From sequence record NC_019423.1: a DNA stretch of 64,000 nucleotides; one strand, given 5' to 3'. Under the pieces are notes generated by a model. The model saw nothing but the letters and a program-made list of their open reading frames with translations. It was not told where the DNA came from and did no database searches. The DNA comes from Escherichia phage IME11. This document shows positions 12,801-19,879 of the stretch, piece by piece. Position 1 is the first letter of the stretch; each line of letters opens with the position of its first letter. Both the position numbers and the translations under genes were made by a program.

Positions 12801-15800
12801 TGCTCTGGAATACGACCAGCGTGAGGGTGCTACTGATGACCTGTTACGTATTGGTGCTGAACAGATTGAACGTAATCTGCGTAACATTGCTCTGGGTGTA
12901 GATATTCGCCACAAGGTAATGAACCAGGTACAGACTACTGTTGACCAGATGGCTGCTGTAGGTGCTCCTTATGTGAACAACGGTAAAATTTCTCTGGAAG
13001 GTCTGACTGTAGACCAACAAGTAGCTAAGCTGAACGAACTGTTTGATGTTGAATTAAACAAGCGTCGTGATGCAGTACGTGCTGCTAAAGCAGAACCAGT
13101 GAAAGAAGTACCAGCAATGGAACAGGTTGGTCGTGTACTGAAGTCTGGTGTACGTCTACTGTCTAATACTGCTATTACTAAGTTGGCTAAAGAGATGACT
13201 CCAGAACAGGCTGCTGTACTGAAAGAAGTACAGAACTCCCTTGCTGCTAAAGACTACAAGGTTGTTTATGGCACTCCTTCTCAACTGGATGCCTACGCTA
13301 TTGAGAAGAACATTACTCGCCCAGCACCGGAAGATATTGAAGCTGCTGAAGCTGGTAATGCATACGGCTGGACTAACTTTGATGATAAGACCATCTACTT
13401 AGTTACTCCTTCCTTAGAGACTCTGGTTCATGAATTGGTACATGCTTCTACTTTTGAATCTGTACTGGCTCACTATGAAGGTACTCCTAATGAAGCAGTT
13501 CAGAATATTGAAGACCTGATGAACCAGTTCCGAACTCTGGATGTTAAGGATGAATCCCCGGCAGTACGTGAAGCATATGCTGATGCACTCAATACCATTA
13601 ATGGTCACTTGTCTAATGGCTTTATTGAACCAGCAATGGCTAAAGCTGCTGCACTGAATGAGTACATGGCATGGGGCTTAACCAACCGTGAACTGATTGG
13701 TAAGCAGAAGAAAACCACTGCACTTAAGGCCATGGTTCAGTCTGTGTATGAAGCAATCAAACGTCTGGTATTCGGACGTAAGAAAGCCCCTGCTAACGCA
13801 GATGATATGTTCTCTGGCTTACTGTTTAACTCTTCTGTAGTTATGCGTGGGCAGGCTCCTACTGCTGCTGTAGCCAAGGACACTACTCTGTTCCATAACA
13901 AAGCATATGGTGACAATACTCGTCTGGAAGAGCTAGGGAAGACCTTCGATAAACTGATTACTAACTACATTGGTTCAGAACCAGTACAACAAGTAATTCG
14001 TAAAGGTAAGTTCTCTGATGCAGTAGTGAATGCAACTAAAGTAACCCGTGATGTTCAGGCTCATGGCTTCACTATGAATATGCAGGAACAGCGTCTCTTT
14101 ACTAACATTGTTGCTGCACTGGCTACCGAAGCTGCTATTAGTCCAGCTGCTCTGGCTCGTGCACAAGAATACTATGCACACGTAACCAAGAACCTGACTG
14201 TTGAAGCGTTCATGACTGACCCGGATAGTACTAACCCTGCTGACCGTTACTACGCACAGCAGAAGTTCGATACCATCATGGGTGCTAACAACATTGAGTT
14301 TGATGCACAAGGTCGTTCTTCCTTACTGCCTACCTTTGTGGCACTGGCAATGGTAAGTGAAGATGTACGTAATGTGCTGGCTGACATTCCTGTTATGAAA
14401 GCAGATAAGCAATCCGGTAATACCGTTGATGCAATGCTGACTAATATCGGTACTGCTGCAATGGCTAGTCTGAATGCTCGTGTAGCAGGTGATACTAAAG
14501 CTACCAATGTACAAGAAGGTATGGATGCACTGGCTCAGACCATCATGCAGACCAGTCTTAATGCACAGTCATTCTATGATTCCGTCGCCACTCCTAGTGG
14601 TAATGCTATAGACCGTGCTAACCAGTATCTGGTGGACTCTATTGATGTACTGTCTACCCGTGCTTTAGAAGGTGCTCGTGAAGTTGCAGCTAATACCAAG
14701 AACCCGTTGGTTAAAGGTGCTGCTCATGCTGCACAACTGGTAGCTGCTATTGCTACAGAGAAGAATGGTGCAATCGTAGCTGAAGGTGTTATGGCTGCAA
14801 TGAACCAGGGTAAAGCATGGCAACCTTTCCACGACCTGGTTAATGACTTAACCGGACGTACTAAGAGCAATGCTTCTGTATATGATTTGATTAAAGCAGT
14901 TCGTGCACAGGTACAGGCTGACCGTCAACAGTTCCGTGAACACTTACCTACCACTATCGCATCCAAGTTCAGCCGTAAGCTGACTAATGATGAGTGGAAA
15001 GCAATGCATACCGGTATGGGTAAAACTGACTTGGCTGTCCTGCGTGACACTATGTCTTTGGCTGAAATTCGTGACCTGCTGACTGACCAGAAGATTGTTG
15101 ACCGTGAGGTGAATAAGCTGGAAGCAGATTTACAGAAACAAGCAGGACGTAACTGGCCTTTGATTAGCCGTAAATCTAAGCAACTGGCTCAGTACATGAT
15201 TAACGGTACAGTCGGTAGTAACCTGCTGCGTAATGCTACTGCAATTTCTCGTATGCTGGGTGAACGACAGGCTGCACGTTCTACCGTAGATGTGGCTCAA
15301 CTGGATAAGCTGATTACCTTGTATGCACTGGAAGCAATGAATAAGACTGACCGTGAGATGTTATCTTCACTGGCTCAGACAGAAATTGAAGGTATGGACT
15401 TTGCTACTTCTTATCTGGTTGGGCAGCGTAAAGATGAAATGGCTAAAGCCAAGTCTGATATGCGTGCAACCTTGAACCAGTACAAAGGACATATCCCCAG
15501 TGAAACTAAACAGGGTGTTAACCTGATTGTTGCTGAAGATAGTCAGTTTGCTGATTTGATTGAGAAGTCCTATGTACGTCTGGGTACTTATCAAGGTAGT
15601 TCTGCTAACCGTGGTCCAGCACGTAGCTACTACTTTGCACCAGTACAGGCACAGGCTCCATTCTCACAGGGTATATTACAGAACGTTCGCAATACTGCTG
15701 GTGGTGTGGACCTTGGTACAGGCTTTACGATGGGTTCCATGGTAGCAGGTCGTATCACTGACAAGCCTTCCGTAGACCGTATCACTAAAGCTCTGGCTCG

Positions 15801-17232
15801 TGGTGAACGTGGTAATGAACCACTGCTGCCTGTATATGATGACAAAGGGAATGTGGTTGCTTATGAGCAATCCATTGACCCTAACATGCTGAAGCACATT
15901 GAGGGTGAGAACCATCTTGCTCGTGCAATCGGTGTATGGCGTGGTCGTCAGGTAGAAGAGGCTAAGGCTCAGCGTTTCAACGATATGCTTATTGAGAACC
16001 TACATAGCATGTATGAGAACGACATTAAGATGTCTGCCTCTAATAAGTCCCAGTACGTTAACCTTCTTGGTTCTAAACTGGACCCAGTAACTGCCGATGC
16101 TCTTAAGCTGATGAATAGTGAAACTCGTCAGAAAGCAGAAAGCCTGTTTGGCCCGGGTGAGTTGTGGGTACGTCGTGATATGCTCAACGATGCTCTTGGT
16201 TATCGTGCAGCTTCTGTAGGGGATGCCTGGTCTGGTAATTCTCGTTGGTCCCCAGAAACACTGGATACCTTCAAGAAAGCTATGCTAGGTGTATTTGGCA
16301 ATCGTGCATATAAGTACACAATGGGTGGTGAGAACCTGGTTCAGAACTTAGTTAAAGAAGCTAAGACCCTGATTGTAGTTAAGTCAGTAGTCGTACCTGC
16401 AGTTAACTTCCTAGCTAACCTTTACCAGATGGTTGCTCGTGGTGTACCGGTTAAGAACATTGCTAAGAGCATTCCACAGAAGACTGCTGAGATTAACCAG
16501 TACCTGAAATCTCGTCTACGTCAGGTAGATGCAGAAGCAGAATTACGTGCAGCTACTAACCCGAACCAGATTCGTAAACTTAAGGCTGAGATTCAGTCCA
16601 TCTCTGATAGCCATAAGCGTTTAAGTATCTGGCCTCTGTTAGAAGCTGGTGAGTTCTCTTCAATTGCAGATGCTGGTATCGGACGTGATGACATCCTTAT
16701 TACTGAGGGTAAACTTCACGAATACATGGATAAGCTGGCTGATAAGCTACCTAAGTCTGTACGTAACGCAGGTCGTTATGCACTTATCACTAAGGATACT
16801 GCTCTCTTCCAGGGTATCCAGAAGACGGTTGAGTACTCTGACTTTATCGCTAAAGCAATCATCTATGATGAACTGACTCAGCGTAAAGGTAAGACTCGTG
16901 AGGAAGCACTGGGACGTGTAACGGAAGAGTTCATTAACTATGATCGTTTACCTGGTCGCTTCCGTGGGTATATGGAAAGCATTGGCTTAATGTGGTTCTA
17001 CAACTTTAAGATTCGTTCTGCAAAAGTTGCAGTGTCCATGATTCGTAATAACCCAGTACATGCTGCTATGGCTATGTTGGCTCCAACCCCTACCATGTTT
17101 GGTAATGTTGGTTTACCTATTCAGGACAACATCTTCAGCATTGCTGCACAGGGCAATCTCGGTTACTCCTTCGGTTTCGGTCAGGGCTTACGTGCCCATA
17201 ACCTGAACCCTTGGCTCAATCTTACTAACTAA
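6880..17232 (+). CDS. virion-encapsidated giant RNA polymerase (N4 vRNAP-like)
   Basis: ~3450-aa single ORF (track start 6862 is TTG; ATG at 6880 follows AGGAA). T7-like motif A YVEADGVTNGPIN (Asp codon 11446-11448), motif B RGIAKNPLTITIYGSG (~11770-11815), motif C KIFDGMNIG (Asp codon 12622-12624). The two Asp are 392 aa apart, the spacing I recall for N4 vRNAP. Confidence 0.9.
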   Translation: MSTFDRLAGFADSITNAKQVDVSTATSQKQAAQGQSPFQLTPENAYNLQTGRVGNLGTGAFDPGSLQADFTQASPLEIINKYGNEQGLQILNSRANAADVVRQDLSKQRTNSEAFGDTLSGVGLGVANTLGGIAALGTGLVNDNAGASIASGMDWLNEGVHNLQSDALNATRKVVQNQNQISAQENQKLYEEDIKNGESSLVASLSRIGRDAFDSVANTLDNGMAASDGLSEGVGSLFTGGPLIRGVSALGKVMVGGDKAVKGITLAAELGSRPAQVALSAGRVAAPAVAIGGMEAGGAYQQTASEIMKMSHQELASKSPVYRQHIADGLSPDEARRQTASETGITAAGLTAPVAAATGPLVSRFELNPLKVGSLAGAGSNMLRETVEEGIQSGFGQFAQNTAIKENVDASRDTLKGVGEQAGLGALYGFGSAGVAQAPGATVKAAGAAVGPTVRTTLAGASLVGNALAKVASPITNILVQRGEEVAKRNEQASPVSDATVNAAAQEATAQAEQAQATVQEAVDAMDISPEEKAAATQYAADLTQAMKFDPVELEQANPAIREAVSGSTNRVEAIQKMADLVNTAEDPNIQMEAAIQMYDNIMSMDSFINRDPGALANLEQGSPAANIVDQFSGLMANVQNTPKVLRAFRAIHSMIQEQAEAGKLKATEEANQAQANNIAMAADMSPEVLDADSVNMVLKHASEGKITLGNRQRAALQSAAAVLQGAREFDAKAEELGLRPQDIVSKQIKTDESRSNEGQYSALQHAKRIRSAYNSGNFDLASAYLDDFMKFAQHMQNKVGALNEHLISGNADKNKSVHYQALSPSREWVRSRTGLGVNPYDTKSVKFAQQVGLEAKTVADIANALATAYPELNVSHVKVTPLDSRLDKPAAQVVKEFRQGNLDAAQSQQTNEPVNQVDESPAPVQEATTTVQPKTKPVVENKSAPVKDTSSKPEEVTTTESETVDTALTNEDTTQEVAETKTEMETVFPVYNNDKTPSQFLKAFALPEEPKTRTIGSESPLTDVKQALSSAARFEAFTQKENNALTGDVMKRYQDLLGFGETLKSTLSDRLAKFLANKNVGKRFAEGTEANRWVGGKLLNIVEKDGDTFKFNDQLLETAVLAGLQWRLTATQNAAIKDMKDVAAITGVEVSLLPDGILADFENAQTLVEATNSLAQKIESYWGLNRNPNAPLGYTKGIPMAMATEILSSLIEMGEVKESMLDVSEIDPASNKTVGLYTIEKLDDNDAINNFPTAIEEAVLVEPEEKMYFGDDIPSVAQTQLRNPAVKNTPEQQAALKAEQATEFRVHMPMVNFYEALGRDNILELMGAGTLNPELLNVNTAKSLEGKNLSVSMAYDSLFGVINQVQEQENGLDTPIHYGYNMTRVGRMQMLGKNNPQSSKLVREAILPTFSTIDLSNENSQTFSDFQLGLAQALGIKVHNMSREAMSEKLTKALEGNLKPAVDMMVEFDKSGHLPTDAVDILKTSLGGDKSFVALMALMEYARYLNSNDRANFNTPLYVEADGVTNGPINAMVLMTGGKFTPDWIKNTAKGGLFFGKAGKTMNEHRSQDDSVDLYEASTNGLQQALGELRSTYRNNVPVMSQMSHLQKLMDLFIKDFNLNEDGTLDLKRGIAKNPLTITIYGSGARGIAGKMVSAITDTIYERFSDVLQARAADPSISPAMAMFGKEAASEADAQAMLDTFLTSMEALTGNVPVMRKGELSIQQAEGALTGKLDPQKFTVSGNALKNLQENMLHLFVEPMRTGIRNTVGEGLMHSTENLQKATQIQSLVLQDMFQQAVQAKLAEKEKDPTWKKGDFLTQKELNEIQESLSPLAPMIETGSQTFYIAGSENTDVANQVLATNLDDRMRVPMSIYAPSQAGVAGIPFMTIGTGDGMMMQTLSTMKGAPKNTLKIFDGMNIGINDITDASRKANEAVYTSWQGNPIKNVYDSFAKFMKNVDFSKLSDETKQAIAKSALEYDQREGATDDLLRIGAEQIERNLRNIALGVDIRHKVMNQVQTTVDQMAAVGAPYVNNGKISLEGLTVDQQVAKLNELFDVELNKRRDAVRAAKAEPVKEVPAMEQVGRVLKSGVRLLSNTAITKLAKEMTPEQAAVLKEVQNSLAAKDYKVVYGTPSQLDAYAIEKNITRPAPEDIEAAEAGNAYGWTNFDDKTIYLVTPSLETLVHELVHASTFESVLAHYEGTPNEAVQNIEDLMNQFRTLDVKDESPAVREAYADALNTINGHLSNGFIEPAMAKAAALNEYMAWGLTNRELIGKQKKTTALKAMVQSVYEAIKRLVFGRKKAPANADDMFSGLLFNSSVVMRGQAPTAAVAKDTTLFHNKAYGDNTRLEELGKTFDKLITNYIGSEPVQQVIRKGKFSDAVVNATKVTRDVQAHGFTMNMQEQRLFTNIVAALATEAAISPAALARAQEYYAHVTKNLTVEAFMTDPDSTNPADRYYAQQKFDTIMGANNIEFDAQGRSSLLPTFVALAMVSEDVRNVLADIPVMKADKQSGNTVDAMLTNIGTAAMASLNARVAGDTKATNVQEGMDALAQTIMQTSLNAQSFYDSVATPSGNAIDRANQYLVDSIDVLSTRALEGAREVAANTKNPLVKGAAHAAQLVAAIATEKNGAIVAEGVMAAMNQGKAWQPFHDLVNDLTGRTKSNASVYDLIKAVRAQVQADRQQFREHLPTTIASKFSRKLTNDEWKAMHTGMGKTDLAVLRDTMSLAEIRDLLTDQKIVDREVNKLEADLQKQAGRNWPLISRKSKQLAQYMINGTVGSNLLRNATAISRMLGERQAARSTVDVAQLDKLITLYALEAMNKTDREMLSSLAQTEIEGMDFATSYLVGQRKDEMAKAKSDMRATLNQYKGHIPSETKQGVNLIVAEDSQFADLIEKSYVRLGTYQGSSANRGPARSYYFAPVQAQAPFSQGILQNVRNTAGGVDLGTGFTMGSMVAGRITDKPSVDRITKALARGERGNEPLLPVYDDKGNVVAYEQSIDPNMLKHIEGENHLARAIGVWRGRQVEEAKAQRFNDMLIENLHSMYENDIKMSASNKSQYVNLLGSKLDPVTADALKLMNSETRQKAESLFGPGELWVRRDMLNDALGYRAASVGDAWSGNSRWSPETLDTFKKAMLGVFGNRAYKYTMGGENLVQNLVKEAKTLIVVKSVVVPAVNFLANLYQMVARGVPVKNIAKSIPQKTAEINQYLKSRLRQVDAEAELRAATNPNQIRKLKAEIQSISDSHKRLSIWPLLEAGEFSSIADAGIGRDDILITEGKLHEYMDKLADKLPKSVRNAGRYALITKDTALFQGIQKTVEYSDFIAKAIIYDELTQRKGKTREEALGRVTEEFINYDRLPGRFRGYMESIGLMWFYNFKIRSAKVAVSMIRNNPVHAAMAMLAPTPTMFGNVGLPIQDNIFSIAAQGNLGYSFGFGQGLRAHNLNPWLNLTN

Positions 17233-17266
17233 ATAAAAAAGCCCCTCTAGTGAGGGGCTTTACTTT
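17233..17266. terminator. bidirectional rho-independent terminator between convergent vRNAP and minus-strand block
   Basis: AAATAAAAAA-GCCCCTC-tagt-GAGGGGC-TTTACTTT: 7-bp GC stem flanked by an A-run and a T-run. Confidence 0.7.
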
Positions 17267-17501
17267 AGAATCTTTCAATTCGTTTATTTAGTACATATAG
17301 ATAGGAACCCATAGCTTGATGTTGTAACCCAAGCAGGTATTTCTCTTCCGGTTCAATATCACGTGCTTTGGGACTGAGTAATAAATCACCTAAAGCTTCA
17401 TACTTCTCTTTGAGATTATCTCTTTCCACTAATACTCTTACTTGATATGCTGCAAATGATTTAGTCATGTGTTCTCCACATCTTAGGCTTACGCCCTTCA
17501 C
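17265..17501 (-). CDS. hypothetical protein
   Basis: 78-aa ORF at the distal end of the minus-strand block. Confidence 0.4.
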   Translation of the reverse strand: MKGVSLRCGEHMTKSFAAYQVRVLVERDNLKEKYEALGDLLLSPKARDIEPEEKYLLGLQHQAMGSYLYVLNKRIERF

Positions 17502-17694
17502 TTAGGAATTTACCAGTCTCCTTAATCTTCTGTAGTGTTTCCTCAGAAGGGAACCACAGGAATGAGAAGTAAAGTTTCTTAGCTACGTAACGAGTTACTC
17601 CTAGTTTCTCTGCGATTTCATCAAATGAATATGTACGGACGGTATTGTTGAGAATGGCCTCACGAACAACAGAGGTAATAGATACTTGTGTCAT
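17461..17694 (-). CDS. hypothetical protein (possible small DNA-binding protein)
   Basis: 77-aa ORF; short HTH-like stretch; overlaps its neighbour by 41 nt. Confidence 0.4.
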   Translation of the reverse strand: MTQVSITSVVREAILNNTVRTYSFDEIAEKLGVTRYVAKKLYFSFLWFPSEETLQKIKETGKFLSEGRKPKMWRTHD

Positions 17695-17704
17695 GCTATC
17701 TTCC

Positions 17705-18205
17705 TTACAGAATTACCCAGTCTTCTGCTAATACATCTGATTGGGATGGAACCCAAGGCATAAACTGGTCATCGACAGTTTTGATTCCCAACCACGGGCG
17801 TGGCTTCAGTTCATCAGCAAATCCTGGACGCTCTAAGCTACTACTGTTCCAATCTTGAGCGTCAACGTACTCAACATACATTCCTTTTCCGTTCCAACCT
17901 TTGCGGGCTAGCTTGAATCCTGATTTGAGAAGCTCTACTGCATGACCAAAGGTACAACCTTTTTCTACGTCATGGTATGCAGCTTCGAATGCAGTTTTAG
18001 GTGACCAGCTAATATAGCCACGGAACTGAGGATGGTTGGACTTCGAGTCTGGATACTCAACTAAGTAACCTACTTCTAGCGGGTCTTCATCTGCTGGTAC
18101 ATCCCAGCCACGAAGTTTGCAGTATGTTTCTTTGTTCATCCGGAAACCATTTACACACTTGGTTCCGATATAGTTGGTGAAATGGACTTTAATTTCTTCT
18201 GACAT
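17705..18205 (-). CDS. DUF2829-domain (Tad2-like) protein with extra N-terminal domain
   Basis: ATG at 18205 with GAGGT RBS (track ORF extends to 18343). C-terminal half LKSGFKLARKGWNGKGMYVEYV...RPWLGIKT...MPWVPSQSDVLAEDWVIL matches the DUF2829 pattern as I recall it. Confidence 0.5.
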   Translation of the reverse strand: MSEEIKVHFTNYIGTKCVNGFRMNKETYCKLRGWDVPADEDPLEVGYLVEYPDSKSNHPQFRGYISWSPKTAFEAAYHDVEKGCTFGHAVELLKSGFKLARKGWNGKGMYVEYVDAQDWNSSSLERPGFADELKPRPWLGIKTVDDQFMPWVPSQSDVLAEDWVIL

Positions 18206-18349
18206 AACTACCTCAAATGATAAAGCCCTCACTAGGAGGGCTTGTTTTGTTTTGGCTTCTAAAGCCTTACCACATGTCGGGTAGTTCTGTACCTTTCGGT
18301 GAAAACTACCATATACCTGTTTGCTAAATGGTGCAACCACCACTAACTT

Positions 18350-18598
18350 TTATTTAGAATATTGCCCTTTCGTATACTCAATGAAGTATCCGAACTTAGC
18401 TTCATACTCTGTAGGGGGATGTTTGCTTACATGGTGTTTAGCCATACTAAGTAATTCCTTTTCCAACTTATTTACATTGATTGTATCTGCTGTTTCCCCA
18501 ATAGGGAACTTATGGTGGTAAGCTGGTTCAGAAGTAATTTTTCCGCTTTTAGCTAAAACTTTAACGGAAGCAAACCCAACTTTAGGGTTTATATCCAT
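18350..18598 (-). CDS. hypothetical protein
   Basis: 82-aa ORF abutting its neighbour. Confidence 0.4.
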   Translation of the reverse strand: MDINPKVGFASVKVLAKSGKITSEPAYHHKFPIGETADTINVNKLEKELLSMAKHHVSKHPPTEYEAKFGYFIEYTKGQYSK

Positions 18599-19020
18599 TA
18601 GATTTTACAACCCCCACCTTCACACTCATTATTTTCCAGGAAGCCCTTCAGCATTTCTTGGCTCTGAGCTTGCTCATGCAGATTCTGCTTAAGCAGGTAA
18701 CCTTCCAGTAACCAGACCTTATCGATTGCATTTTCATAGGCAATCTTACGCCCAATTTCTTCGTTGAAGTTTCCCGGGGATGCACAGGCAGACTCACCAG
18801 TAACAGTGAAGCCATTCTCCAGAACCAGTACACAGAAAGTCAGCAGAGATAGTGACTGTACTTCCTGGTTCTTAATGGTTGCTAAGTCTGGTAGTACAGA
18901 TGCTGCACCATCCAGGCCAGTAAAGAAGTAAGTACCAAGTACTTTACTCTTGATGTGGTCAGGGGTAATGCGTGGAGCTTTATCAGCACCAGCTTCTTTA
19001 ATCTGTTGTTCGAGTTCCAT
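18598..19020 (-). CDS. N4 gp49-like protein (Phage_gp49_66 family)
   Basis: ATG at 19020 with GAGGA RBS (track start 19047); segment TFCVLVLENGFTVTGESACASPGNFNEEIGRKIAYENAIDKVWLLEGYLL resembles the gp49/Sf6 gene 66 family. Confidence 0.5.
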   Translation of the reverse strand: MELEQQIKEAGADKAPRITPDHIKSKVLGTYFFTGLDGAASVLPDLATIKNQEVQSLSLLTFCVLVLENGFTVTGESACASPGNFNEEIGRKIAYENAIDKVWLLEGYLLKQNLHEQAQSQEMLKGFLENNECEGGGCKI

Positions 19021-19046
19021 AGATTCCTCAGTGTTTATGTTATTCA

Positions 19047-19069
19047 AATAAAAAAGTCCCCCAGAGGGG
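19047..19069 (-). terminator. putative rho-independent terminator downstream of the tRNA cluster
   Basis: Minus-strand reading gives CCCC-tct-GGGG followed by ACTTTTTTATTT. Confidence 0.45.
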
Positions 19070-19328
19070 CGACTCTAGGGGACTTAGTACTATTTACCCA
19101 TAGCTGGGAGGCTTTTGGTTCTTACCACGAAGACAGTCCACGCTGACTAGGCTTGGGATTGATAGTCCCGTTCCTGTGGTAATTACTCAGGCTAGGATTT
19201 AAGGAGTTCCTATTCTCCAGCGAAATTCCCGTCGAGGGGAATAACAATACAATAGCAGTCACTGGACTGTCTTACCAGTGTTGTCTTTAGAGTGCTATGC
19301 AATCAGGACTATGTTACTGCTGAATGGG

Positions 19329-19402
19329 TGTCCACTACTGGATTTGAACCAGTGACTTTCCGATTATTAGTCGGTTGCTTTCCCCGTCTAAGCTAAGTGG
19401 AC
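19329..19402 (-). tRNA. tRNA; manual fold gives anticodon loop CUAAUAA (anticodon AAU, Ile-reading) - needs software confirmation
   Basis: 74-nt cloverleaf: 7-bp acceptor GTCCACT/AGTGGAC, D arm GCTT/AAGC, anticodon stem CCGA/TCGG, T arm ACTGG-TTCAAAT-CCAGT; CCA not encoded. Confidence 0.6.
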
Positions 19403-19408
19403 TTATTA

Positions 19409-19484
19409 TGGTTACCCAGGCAGGATTCGAACCTGCGTCCTAGTTGGTTTACTAGTGGGGCTTTACCACTAAGCCTACTGGGTA
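19409..19484 (-). tRNA. tRNA-like gene with encoded CCA and non-canonical anticodon loop (6 or 8 nt)
   Basis: 76 nt: perfect 7-bp acceptor TACCCAG/CTGGGTA, D arm GGCT/AGCC, T arm GCAGG-TTCGAAT-CCTGC, discriminator A plus CCA. The anticodon arm only pairs as CTAGT/ACTAG with a 6-nt loop (AAACCA) or as a 4-bp stem with an 8-nt loop. Confidence 0.55.
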
Positions 19485-19724
19485 TTAATAGGGGAGTCAT
19501 GCCAGGCTTTAACTGGCTCCTTCTTCGCAATCCTTACATACCCCTACATAATTATTGCGTTAAGCTTTTTTGTTTAAGTTTAAGTGAAGGCGTTCTTGCT
19601 GACTCATTGTTGGATGCTCCCGGGTATCTGAACTATTGAACGGGTGTTTCCAGCCATGCAGGCGTTCAAGATGTTTGGGAGCATAATTCTTTCAATTCAG
19701 AGTAGCACTGTTGCAGTCGTCACT

Positions 19725-19798
19725 GCCCATAGGTAAGGATTCGAACCTTACAATACCGTTAGTTTGCAACGTCGCTGTACCATTTCGCGTTCTATGCA
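19725..19798 (-). tRNA. tRNA-like element, possibly degenerate
   Basis: T arm TAAGG-TTCGAAT-CCTTA present; acceptor pairing has a G-G mismatch; anticodon loop lacks U33; resembles the neighbouring element. Confidence 0.3.
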
Positions 19799-19812
19799 AT
19801 GCTACTTTGAAT

Positions 19813-19879
19813 TGGTTCCGGCGTCTGGACTCGAACCAGAACACTCACGTTTGTGCACAACGCTAGTACCTACACCGGA
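19813..19879 (-). tRNA. compact tRNA-like gene (67 nt, encoded CCA, anticodon loop GUGCACA suggesting GCA/Cys, reduced D arm)
   Basis: Acceptor TCCGGTG/CGCCGGA (one G-U), T arm TCTGG-TTCGAGT-CCAGA, anticodon stem GCGTT/AACGT, 3' ACCA; only 7 nt where the D arm should be. Confidence 0.4.

Noticed and set aside
18224-18255. Hairpin AGCCCTC-actag-GAGGGCT followed by a T-rich tract on the plus strand
   Set aside because: There is no plus-strand gene upstream to terminate, and on the minus strand it lacks a clean T-run. It may be a weak minus-strand terminator or a stability element, so it was not listed as a feature.
19397-19639. 80-aa plus-strand ORF over the tRNA cluster
   Set aside because: It overlaps a clearly folding tRNA on the opposite strand and has no RBS; the region is RNA-coding.
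19813-19879. Possibility that the 67-nt CCA-ended element is the tRNA-like domain of a tmRNA
   Set aside because: Both acceptor strands lie within 67 nt and an anticodon-like arm is present; no mRNA-like tag reading frame or pseudoknots were found nearby. Kept as a compact tRNA-like gene.
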